Assembly (NCBI GenBank): GCA_963813135.1
Contig: CAWEXY010000011.1
Span: 182,374 to 246,373 of the forward strand
DNA from: an uncultured Verrucomicrobiae bacterium
GTDB taxonomy: Bacteria; Chlamydiota; Chlamydiia; Chlamydiales; Rhabdochlamydiaceae
DNA: 64,000 bases
Reading direction: 5' to 3'
The notes beneath the pieces are model-generated. The model was not told the origin of the DNA, did not search any database, and saw only the letters and a program-made list of their open reading frames with translations. This document shows positions 36,533 through 44,846 of the stretch, piece after piece; within the stretch, counting starts at the first letter, position 1; every line of letters begins with the position of its first letter. Both the position numbers and the translations under genes were made by a program.

Positions 36533-37354
36533 ATGAACCCTTATCACAGAATGTTTGAAAAAACGAGGACTTCTCCTCGGTATGATCAATTCTTAAAGCT
36601 TGTAAATCCATTAAAAGATCATTTTGGGATTAACCACTTTTGGTATTACAGAATTACCAAAACAGGGCTTTACTCATATATTGGCATGCATACGCAATGG
36701 GATGAGTTTTGTTTCGGAGATAGTTCTGTTGCAGAAATGCAAGAGCGTATTCGAACCCTTACCAATTTAAATGGCCTTCAATTGATGCAAACTCTCGCAA
36801 GCGATAGCGAGGCTATTAGAGAGATATTTGATATGGCTTGGCACAAATTTAAGATTCGTTTTAGCTTAAATTTCGGCAAAGAAACGGCTGTAGGGATCGA
36901 AGGGTATGGATTCGCGTCCTATTTCAGCGACTATAAAGCCGACGAAAGGTTGTTGAACCAGCTGCCGCTGCTCCAATATTTTGCTCAGAATCTTCGGGCT
37001 AAAAATAGAAAGATTTTTGAGCTGCTCGACGATAACCAAGTCGATCTTTTTTCCCTATATGGAATGGATTTTATGGCCCGCCCTGATGCTGTTCGATTCC
37101 CTCGGGATAAAACCCAACTTCTCTATCAGTTAGAACTTGGATCGGTGCTCGAGCTCAGCTCTTTCGAGCTCGAAGTTTTTCGTTTTCTCCGTTATGGCTA
37201 TCCAGCGCGGTATATCGCCAAACAACTTCGCAAAAGCGTAAGAACAATCGAAAATTACATGGCAGTGATTAAAGAAAAGCTCGGCTGTCATTCCAAGGTC
37301 CAGCTGATCCAAAAAGCCCAGGAAATCGACTCCATCGGCTACTTCAACGCATAA
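36533..37354 (+). CDS. LuxR-family transcriptional regulator (C-terminal GerE-type HTH)
   Basis: LSSFELEVFRFLRYGYPARYIAKQLRKSVRTIENYMAVIKEKLG is a LuxR/GerE HTH. I do not recognise the N-terminal ~200 aa. Confidence 0.75.
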   Translation: MNPYHRMFEKTRTSPRYDQFLKLVNPLKDHFGINHFWYYRITKTGLYSYIGMHTQWDEFCFGDSSVAEMQERIRTLTNLNGLQLMQTLASDSEAIREIFDMAWHKFKIRFSLNFGKETAVGIEGYGFASYFSDYKADERLLNQLPLLQYFAQNLRAKNRKIFELLDDNQVDLFSLYGMDFMARPDAVRFPRDKTQLLYQLELGSVLELSSFELEVFRFLRYGYPARYIAKQLRKSVRTIENYMAVIKEKLGCHSKVQLIQKAQEIDSIGYFNA

Positions 37355-37508
37355 GCATAGATTCACTTTTTTACACCCCTTCGGCTCAAGAGAAGGGAGT
37401 ATTTTATACTTGCTTGTTTGGTGTTTAGCACTCTCCGATAAATGGCCCCTTTGCCGCTTATAATGGCAGGTACCTTCAAGTGAAGGTATAACCAAAAAGG
37501 AGAAATTT

Positions 37509-37841
37509 ATGCCAGTGCAAGCAGCCGGTATCCCAAATGTGCCTCAAAGTGTGCATATTAGTTGGGATAAAGAGATCACAAAAAAGAATCTTAAAGAAAC
37601 AGTAAAAAAGGGCCTCGATTTTGCTGCGCCTCATGCGAGAACTATAGCGCATGTGGCGGTGGAGGCATGTTCTAATCGCAGTCCGACCACAGCGGAGGCT
37701 GTTCTGGTTGACGAAGGTGTTACCCTTGCCAAAGGGTGTGTCCAAGGAGCTTGCGACAAAACAATCGATGTTACCGTCGATGCTGCCCATACGGCTTCCA
37801 TCAAATCAGCACAGTGTTTTAAGAAAAGATGCCGCTGCTGA
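37509..37841 (+). CDS. small hypothetical protein ending in a polybasic Cys-x-Cys tail
   Basis: ATG follows AAAGGAGAAA. 110 aa. The C-terminus is ...AQCFKKRCRC. Confidence 0.45.
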   Translation: MPVQAAGIPNVPQSVHISWDKEITKKNLKETVKKGLDFAAPHARTIAHVAVEACSNRSPTTAEAVLVDEGVTLAKGCVQGACDKTIDVTVDAAHTASIKSAQCFKKRCRC

Positions 37842-37941
37842 TTACCCGCCATTCTTGCCAAGCGCAAGAAATGGAGAGCAGACTGGCCCTGCAAAGGGCC
37901 GGTCGCTCAATGGCAAAGTTAAATTAGGAGAAAGTGTATAT

Positions 37942-39975
37942 ATGACAGCACTAGTCACAGGAGTTAAGCGCGATGCTTATCTAGAAAATAGAATCTTTCT
38001 ACGTCAGTATGATCCAGATGATGCTTCAGGAGCTGAAAGGTTAGAATTAGAAATCACTCACAAAAAATCTGGTGGCATTTTAAGAGAAACGCTGGATGTA
38101 GGAAATAGTTCGGTTAAAAAAACCTTTTCAAAATCCTTAAAGAAACGTTGTCATTTGCTGAGGCCATTCTGTTCTTTAGTTGCAGCAACTCCTACCGATG
38201 GGGCTTTAAAAAATCCGGAAAGTCTTCAACACACATGGGAGGTTGGCGAAGGTAGCATCGAATTATACCTCATAAATAATCAACGTTATAAACAGGCCAG
38301 TGAATTTGCAAAAAAATGTTTCGAACTTCAGGAGGTGTTTAACAAGAAATTGAATAAATTTCGGATTTTTCAAAACCCATTAGAAATAGCTATACTGAAA
38401 TGTCTAACAAGTAAAGTAACAAAAATGTATAAAAAATGGGATCAAGATGCTAATGACGCAAAAGATAAAAATCTGCTGATTAGAATTCCTGGCCCAAATG
38501 TATCTGAAATATACATTCCCGATTCTTACCCACATGGCACAATTCAATCATTATTAGATTATAAAGGAATAAAACAACTTAATAATAAGCTTGCCAAGCT
38601 GCCCAAATCATCAGTTGCTATAGATGATAGTTTAATCAAATATAGCGATAGTCTTATTTGCAGATGGATTGTTGGCGATAAAGTAATAACACTTAATTGT
38701 CGGACAGAGAACAAAGAAGCGTTGGCTCGCCCATGGAATTCTATCGCATTGAAATTTTGCAATCTAATGACGAAAATTGAAAAGCTTAAAAAATTACCCT
38801 GTGGGCATCGGATTGAAGGGAAAGAGGGAGGAGTGGTAGCAAGTCTTCTTTTTGGAATCGGCTCGTTATTTGGAGCTGAAGATACCCGTGAAAGGGTTGT
38901 TACACAACCTGAAAATTTAGCCCTAAAAACACTATACCAAAGAATTTTATCTGAAACCGCTCGTTTGTGCAGCGCTGGCTATATAAAAAATTCGGATTTG
39001 GCGCAGCAATTTCGTAACCCGACAAAAAAGTTAGAGTTTCGGATTGCATCCATTGAGCAGCCTGATCATAACATCCAAACTTTTGCTCCCTCTATACTAG
39101 ATGGAAGAACTGTAGATCAAGCTATTGACTTCTTTAAGCAGTGCGATCCATTTGTTGATGACAACTCTGTACTTTTTGTTGAACCTTCATGTTCCGTGGA
39201 TGGCTGGTCGGAGCCTATAGATTGTTCTGATAAGAGATTTCGTTATTTAGAAAGATGCGATAATGCCATCTGGCGATTATTTGATGAATTCACCTGCACA
39301 GCAAGTTCGATCCTCGCTAGTCCGAATTGCGTGAAAATAATGGATGCCATATCCGAAGAATCAGCCGAGATAAAAGATTGGTATTTAAGAAAGCTAGTTG
39401 TAAAAATTGATAATGATGATACGCTTTTGTTTAATAGAATAAATTCTATGGAATTTAAGTTCACATCTGCTTTTAAAGAGAATTTATTTTTAACTGAAAA
39501 TTCATGGATTGTCACCCTCATCAGCTATAGTGAGCCACTTCCAGGTTGTTCTGTGGGCGACTCACAAGGTCATGCAATGCTTTTCTATGAAGGAATGAAG
39601 AAAGGACTCCCCTTTAGAAAATATATTCATTTAACAGATTCAGAGAGAATAAAAGCACAAACAATGGAAATACATAAATCTGTTTCATTTAGAAAAATGT
39701 TAGGGCCATACATTGTTAAAAGCGAGCAAGTCGAATTGATGGAAAAAGAATGCGATGGTAAGACGCGTCCTTTTGATAAGCTTGGTCCAATCAAAAATTT
39801 CATTGGGTGTAGAAAACCAGGATCTAAGGGATATGTGTATAATTGTTTAACTTTCTGCATCACGACAATGAATCGATATTTTGGTTCTAATTTGCCCTAT
39901 CCCACACATCCAGGGCCCGATCGATATATTCAAGAGGCAAATGAAAGAGCAGCCGCAGGAAATAGTAACAGGTAA
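37942..39975 (+). CDS. hypothetical 677-aa protein with a C-terminal His...Asn-Cys motif pair (LRAT/NlpC-P60-like order)
   Basis: ATG 37942 follows AGGAGAAAG. The upstream 97 codons of the track ORF overlap the 110-aa gene and look non-coding. GH544AMLFYEG and YVYNC635LTFC lie 91 residues apart. Confidence 0.6.
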   Translation: MTALVTGVKRDAYLENRIFLRQYDPDDASGAERLELEITHKKSGGILRETLDVGNSSVKKTFSKSLKKRCHLLRPFCSLVAATPTDGALKNPESLQHTWEVGEGSIELYLINNQRYKQASEFAKKCFELQEVFNKKLNKFRIFQNPLEIAILKCLTSKVTKMYKKWDQDANDAKDKNLLIRIPGPNVSEIYIPDSYPHGTIQSLLDYKGIKQLNNKLAKLPKSSVAIDDSLIKYSDSLICRWIVGDKVITLNCRTENKEALARPWNSIALKFCNLMTKIEKLKKLPCGHRIEGKEGGVVASLLFGIGSLFGAEDTRERVVTQPENLALKTLYQRILSETARLCSAGYIKNSDLAQQFRNPTKKLEFRIASIEQPDHNIQTFAPSILDGRTVDQAIDFFKQCDPFVDDNSVLFVEPSCSVDGWSEPIDCSDKRFRYLERCDNAIWRLFDEFTCTASSILASPNCVKIMDAISEESAEIKDWYLRKLVVKIDNDDTLLFNRINSMEFKFTSAFKENLFLTENSWIVTLISYSEPLPGCSVGDSQGHAMLFYEGMKKGLPFRKYIHLTDSERIKAQTMEIHKSVSFRKMLGPYIVKSEQVELMEKECDGKTRPFDKLGPIKNFIGCRKPGSKGYVYNCLTFCITTMNRYFGSNLPYPTHPGPDRYIQEANERAAAGNSNR

Positions 39976-40010
39976 CGGCAGCCTGCAACTTTAAAATAAA
40001 AGGAGGCTAT

Positions 40011-41246
40011 ATGGCCACAGTAGTTTCAGCAGGATTTAAGATGGGTGAAGCACTGGCTTTAAGATCGGTGCTCGACGATTTGCAGAAAAGGGTGGATGGT
40101 TCCATTCAACAGGCGATCAATGTGGGAGAAAATGCAGGAATACGCCTGGAATTGGAAGCAGGAAGGCAGGTTACCCTGGCGATCCAGAATGCTAAAAATG
40201 CTTATCTGGAGAGTTTGGATCAAACAGTTGACCGCCTAGATGCTGTAGCTCGGTCGAGTCTTAATTCTCTTGCTTCCATGGTGCAAGAGATGGAAAACAA
40301 GGGTTCTTTAGAAATTAGCCGCATTGAAGCTGCGGCCCAACAGCTGATCAATACGCTCCCGTTTGCCAATACACATCCGCAATTGAAGAGCGTGCAGCCA
40401 AAATATGTTGTCTTGCCCAGTTCGGGTCGAGAGCTCACTCTGCAATTTTGGGGGAATTTCAAGGATGCTGCTCATCAACAATATGAGCCTTCTCTCGAAG
40501 TCGGCGGCCGTGTATATCACCCTATAAGCACGACGACGCAGAATCTGGCTTTTAGATGTTTCATAGATAAAACGAGCACGAGCCAATTTTCCTGCTTATC
40601 GGGTCTGTTGAAAATTCCTTTTGAAGCGGGAAAATTTTTTACCGAGAAATCCGTCGCCGAATATAAGATTTTGCTCCAAGTCCTTCCATCGAGCCCAGGG
40701 AAAATTAAGGTATATTACACCTCTAAACAATCGGAAAAAATCATGCAAAATAAAACAGTTACTATTAATGCGCGGGCGGATAACGACTTTCCTGCACGCT
40801 CGGTAACTAAAACCGCAGTCATACATCCAGATTCAGGTTGGTCGATAGATCCCAGCTCCGTCCAAGGTCCTTTTGTGCATAAGGGCGCCCATGGCTCTCA
40901 TGGTCAGCCTCAGATAGTCAGCAAAGATAGTAATCAAATTGTCGCACAGGTAGGCTTGTCGGCCGTAGACGGCAAACATATGGGACGTATTGCATACGAT
41001 GTTAGATTCTTCCAAGTACAACAAGTCCAGAAAATTGAAAAACGTCAAGAAGAGCTGGTTATCTTATGGCAAAATTCCAAAGTTTTGGATCATGAAAATA
41101 ATGAAGAAGTTCACAAAATCGAGTTTGATGCATTTGACGGGACTCATTCAGAATATGCGGGCCCTGATTTAAATAATCCCTACCTTAAAATTCGTTATGC
41201 CAATGGAAAATATCAGTTAAGTGCTGAAATGCCGCAGGATTTTTGA
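40011..41246 (+). CDS. hypothetical 411-aa protein
   Basis: ATG follows AAAGGAGG, 35 nt after the previous stop, so it is probably co-transcribed. No motif was recognised. Confidence 0.55.
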   Translation: MATVVSAGFKMGEALALRSVLDDLQKRVDGSIQQAINVGENAGIRLELEAGRQVTLAIQNAKNAYLESLDQTVDRLDAVARSSLNSLASMVQEMENKGSLEISRIEAAAQQLINTLPFANTHPQLKSVQPKYVVLPSSGRELTLQFWGNFKDAAHQQYEPSLEVGGRVYHPISTTTQNLAFRCFIDKTSTSQFSCLSGLLKIPFEAGKFFTEKSVAEYKILLQVLPSSPGKIKVYYTSKQSEKIMQNKTVTINARADNDFPARSVTKTAVIHPDSGWSIDPSSVQGPFVHKGAHGSHGQPQIVSKDSNQIVAQVGLSAVDGKHMGRIAYDVRFFQVQQVQKIEKRQEELVILWQNSKVLDHENNEEVHKIEFDAFDGTHSEYAGPDLNNPYLKIRYANGKYQLSAEMPQDF

Positions 41247-41401
41247 GTGCGGTTTGAGCGCCTTAGGAAATTCCTCAAATTGACCTCGTTTTTTATCTTC
41301 TTCCACGGAACTTACTCCTTTTTTAGACAACTTAACCGGAGTATACTCCTTTTAAGTTCCTCAAGGACCAGTATAAGCAACTAAAGATTAGCACATTGGT
41401 A

Positions 41402-41706
41402 TGAGACTATCGAGGCTTTTTGACGATAGAATTTTGATTTTCGAACGAAGAGAAGAAAGCGCGAAGCTTATCGAGGGCTTTGCGGCGGTGTGAAATGCGG
41501 TTTTTGAGCATCTCTTCAATTTGCGCAAAGGTCTCGGACGCATTTTTGGAGTCCTTCGGGAGATGCGACGGCCAGAAAACATTCGAAGTAGGCTTGGCGG
41601 TTGGGATCTGTCAGATCGCGCATTTCGCGCAGAAGCTTGTGCTGATTTTTCGCATCAGTGGCGTGCTCGCCAGCAAACCTTGCAGAAACGACGCCCGGGG
41701 CACCGC
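41402..41706 (-). pseudogene. degraded partial copy of the 3' part of rdgB
   Basis: It is collinear with 44215-44612 from just beyond the rdgB stop. One internal deletion of ~93 nt lies between the short repeats GCAAAGG(T/C). Substitutions are scattered and no frame is intact. Confidence 0.75.
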
Positions 41707-41782
41707 CTTAGATTTTACTTGGGGCGAAATTGATTTTTCTGAGGAAGAGATAGTTAAACACGCACCTGCATGTGACTAAAGA
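41707..41782 (+). pseudogene. remnant copy of the dus 3' end / acyP 5' junction, without the MITE
   Basis: TTAGATTTTACTTGGGGCGAAATTGATTTTTCTGAGGAAGAGATAGTTAAACACGCACCTGCATGTGACTAAAG parallels 35877-35907 joined to 36118-36150. Confidence 0.7.
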
Positions 41783-41907
41783 CTTTGCAAAAACTAGCCT
41801 TATAGTTCGTGTCAATTTAACCTCGTGTGTGTTACGATTCATTTTATATAATAAATTATGAAATTTTTCAATATGCTGAATTGCAATCAAAGTTAAAAGA
41901 TTACGAA

Positions 41908-43626
41908 ATGGCAAATATTTCTTTCAATTCGATGATTGGAAATTTGAATCAAGCTATTTATGACGTTCATTATACTGTTCATGGCGGCTTATTTAAGAAG
42001 GATTATCAACAACTATTGATCGAGTTGAGATTGCTTCAAGGCAAGGATGTTTTATTGCCACGTACCTATCAGGCAAATGTTTTAGAGCCTTTTATCAAAT
42101 TTTTAGAAACCCTAGGAAAAGACCAATTCGATAAGATATTTAATGAAGACGAAGAAAAGATCTCCGTCCAGGAACGAAATCAAAAAAAAATCATCGAAGA
42201 AGTTGCTGAGGCTCTTTTACAAAGAAATCACCAGCACAAATACTATCTTTCTTCATTTAAGGATTTACAAGCTTTTCAAGCGGTTGTTACAACAATTTAT
42301 GATGATATTCGTAATAGTAAAGTTCATCAATTGGTTCAAAATACCATCGCTCCTTTGGCTAAATGGGGAAATCGTAAGGGACCTTATACTTTTCCAAAAG
42401 AAAAGACATCGAAAGTGAATGTTCAAGTGGGAATCGTAAATCTTCCACCGGAATATCGGAATGGTGGATTATTGGCTTGGTCATCCATAGGCCATGAAGT
42501 GGCAGGACATAACATTTTACATTCCCATCCTGAATTAATCTCGCAGCTCAAGGAAGCTATTCGTGAAGCTATTAGAAACAAATGTACCGCAGCTAAAGAG
42601 AAAGACGTTTTGGCAAATTATTGGTGTGCCTGTACTGACGAAATAGCCTCAGATGTGCTTGGAATATTAAACACAGGACCTTCCTTTGGCATCGGTTTTG
42701 TTGGATATATTAGAGGTAAACGAGGAGGTAAATTACAGTCGTCAGGACCTTTGCACTCATCAGAAATAACTCCTAGAAAGTCATTACAGCTTTTTTCAGA
42801 AGATGACAAATCGGTGAATATTTTCGTTGATCGGTTGAGTGATAACATTACAGTTGAAAAAGAAGCAGGGACTTTTGGTTTTCTAGAACCTAAAGAAAAA
42901 AAACCTTTGAAGTACGAAAAGATTTTTTTTCCTGTTGGAAGGCACCCGCTAGATATTTTAAGACCTTTTGCGATGACAAAAATTATCGAATTATTAGATT
43001 ATTCCTCACCTTGGAAGCTTCTAATTGAAGACGAAGTTGTAAAAGATTTTGAAAACTCAAATGAAATTACATTTAAAAGTTTAAAAACATCTTCAGGTGT
43101 TCCATGCATTGAACAATTAAAAATACCAAGAGGGTTGGCGATAGAGACAGCAAAAATAACTGCTGAAGCAATTGCAAAAACTCCATTAACATGCTTGAAT
43201 AGTCGGTGTCTTATGGATGCTGTCACATGGACTGAGGAAGATGAAATTCTCGTTAGTGAGATCGGAAAAGCAATCAAAGATGAACATGTTAAGCATCTGC
43301 CACCTCTTCCAATTAAAGGAAGATTTTATGCGAGACACATTGTTGCGGCTTCGATATTAGAATCTGTTAATAAAAATTCAGATATTGAGATGATTTTTAA
43401 CAAAATGAAACTCTATTTGGTCGAAGCTTATGGTAAAATTTCCATTTGGAATTCCGAAGTTAAAGAAAGCGGAGAACCTTTTACAAAATCTACCGGTTGG
43501 GTCCAAGAAATAACTCGTCCTGCAAATTTACTCAACCCCCGGAATGGACATTCTCGTGTCAACTGTCCTTTACCCCAAAATCCTAGGTTTCTCAAAGGTC
43601 TAGTAGTTTTGCCTGAAGCTTTATAA
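41908..43626 (+). CDS. hypothetical 572-aa protein with an HExxGH motif
   Basis: I prefer ATG 41908 (MANISFNS...). SSIGH196EVAGH201NILHSH is followed by CTDE244IASD. See the findings for why this is not a canonical HExxH. Confidence 0.55.
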   Translation: MANISFNSMIGNLNQAIYDVHYTVHGGLFKKDYQQLLIELRLLQGKDVLLPRTYQANVLEPFIKFLETLGKDQFDKIFNEDEEKISVQERNQKKIIEEVAEALLQRNHQHKYYLSSFKDLQAFQAVVTTIYDDIRNSKVHQLVQNTIAPLAKWGNRKGPYTFPKEKTSKVNVQVGIVNLPPEYRNGGLLAWSSIGHEVAGHNILHSHPELISQLKEAIREAIRNKCTAAKEKDVLANYWCACTDEIASDVLGILNTGPSFGIGFVGYIRGKRGGKLQSSGPLHSSEITPRKSLQLFSEDDKSVNIFVDRLSDNITVEKEAGTFGFLEPKEKKPLKYEKIFFPVGRHPLDILRPFAMTKIIELLDYSSPWKLLIEDEVVKDFENSNEITFKSLKTSSGVPCIEQLKIPRGLAIETAKITAEAIAKTPLTCLNSRCLMDAVTWTEEDEILVSEIGKAIKDEHVKHLPPLPIKGRFYARHIVAASILESVNKNSDIEMIFNKMKLYLVEAYGKISIWNSEVKESGEPFTKSTGWVQEITRPANLLNPRNGHSRVNCPLPQNPRFLKGLVVLPEAL

Positions 43627-43676
43627 AGGTATAATTTTCCAGGTATTTGAAAGTAAATTTTCCAATAAATGGCTTT

Positions 43677-44096
43677 TTAAGCTGGATTGTATAAATTTAG
43701 CTGAATCACTTTTTCAAAATAGGGGTCTTTCCCAATGCCATTGCTAATTTCTATTCGCCAAGAGCCTTGTGGTTCGAGATTTCTTAAAATTCTTTCTTGT
43801 TCTGTAATTGGCAATTCAGAAAGCTTTTTATCCGGGGTGCGAGGTGAAAATATTCCTTTCCTCTCTTCTTTCAAGCCTTTTACCTTTTCAGAAGTTGACA
43901 TCATTTCAGCGTTTATTTTATCTCCTGAAAGAGATGAAATTTCTTTCCAATTCCCACGGTCAAAAGCAAATATTTTTGCTTGAATTGTTTGAGGATTTCC
44001 TTCCTCTTGCTGGAATTCAATTTTTCTATTTGGCTCGCTTCCGGCTCCATAAAAATATCTATATTCCGCTACGTTAATTATCCTGCCCATTAGCAA
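43677..44096 (-). CDS. hypothetical 139-aa protein
   Basis: The only evidence is the ORF itself, in an A/T-rich context. Confidence 0.4.
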   Translation of the reverse strand: MLMGRIINVAEYRYFYGAGSEPNRKIEFQQEEGNPQTIQAKIFAFDRGNWKEISSLSGDKINAEMMSTSEKVKGLKEERKGIFSPRTPDKKLSELPITEQERILRNLEPQGSWRIEISNGIGKDPYFEKVIQLNLYNPA

Positions 44097-44219
44097 CCTC
44101 CTCTTTCGTTTTGGGCGAATTTTAATTTGTCTATGACTTTATTGCACGTTAAATTTAAATAGTAAAACTGTTATAAACAGATTTCCCAGAGTATAGTTGG
44201 TGCTGCACAGAATCTGAGA

Positions 44220-44846
44220 CTATCGAGGTTTTTTGACGATGGAATTTTGATTTTCAAATGAAGAGAAGAAAACGTGGAGTTTGTCGAGGGCTTTGCGGCG
44301 GTGCGAGATGCGGTTTTTGAGCATCTCTTCGATTTGCGCAAAGGTTTTTCCGTATTCGTGTTTGATGAAAAGGCTGTCGTAGCCAAAGCCGCGGCTTCCT
44401 TTTTCTTCCGTGGTGATATTTCCTTCGCAAAGGCCGCGGACGCATTTTTGGAGGCCTTCGGGCGAGGCGATCGCAAGAAAACATTCGAAGTAAGCTTGGC
44501 GGTTGGGATCCGCTAGGTCGCGCATTTCACGCAGCAGCTTGTGTCGATTTTCGGCATCGGTGGCGTGTTCGCCTGCAAATCGGGCCGAAACGACGCCAGG
44601 AGCGCCGCCAAGGGCGGGAACGACGAGGCCGGAATCATCGGCAATCACCCAGCGCCTCAGCTCTTTGGCAGCATGCAGAGCTTTTAGCTTGGCGTTTTCT
44701 TCAAAGGAACGGCCTGTTTCTTCAGGGGGTTTATAGTTGGGGAAGTCATGCAGGGAAAGAATATCGAATTGAGGATATGCCTTGAGCATCGCGCGGAGTT
44801 CGCGGATCTTGTGCACGTTCCGGCTGGCAATGACTAGTTCCATCAC
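44220..44846 (-). CDS. rdgB: non-canonical purine NTP pyrophosphatase (RdgB/HAM1)
   Basis: [54 protein letters not shown] and ISHRRKAL are RdgB/ITPase blocks. Confidence 0.9.
   Translation of the reverse strand: MMELVIASRNVHKIRELRAMLKAYPQFDILSLHDFPNYKPPEETGRSFEENAKLKALHAAKELRRWVIADDSGLVVPALGGAPGVVSARFAGEHATDAENRHKLLREMRDLADPNRQAYFECFLAIASPEGLQKCVRGLCEGNITTEEKGSRGFGYDSLFIKHEYGKTFAQIEEMLKNRISHRRKALDKLHVFFSSFENQNSIVKKPR

Noticed and set aside
37651-37941. Upstream 97 codons of the 774-aa track ORF
   Set aside because: They overlap the separately initiated 110-aa gene in another frame and read as low-complexity Arg/Leu/Pro sequence. A strong RBS and ATG at 37942 begins the protein-like part.
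41480-41779. 99-aa plus-strand ORF (and 41521..41733, 41388..41582)
   Set aside because: These are chimeric readings across the decayed rdgB fragment (wrong strand or frame) into the dus remnant. They are pseudogene debris, not genes.
42493-42510. Canonical zincin HExxH metalloprotease motif
   Set aside because: Counting codons shows H-E-V-A-G-H, so the His residues are five apart (HExxxH). My first impression of HExxH was wrong. Only the rarer HExxGH (M49-like) reading remains, and I report it at low confidence.
44171-44516. Small ORFs (101, 76, 80 aa) overlapping the rdgB 3' half
   Set aside because: They are off-frame or antisense readings within the well-supported rdgB gene. Their counterparts also appear in the decayed copy at 41388-41582, which shows only that the DNA is duplicated.
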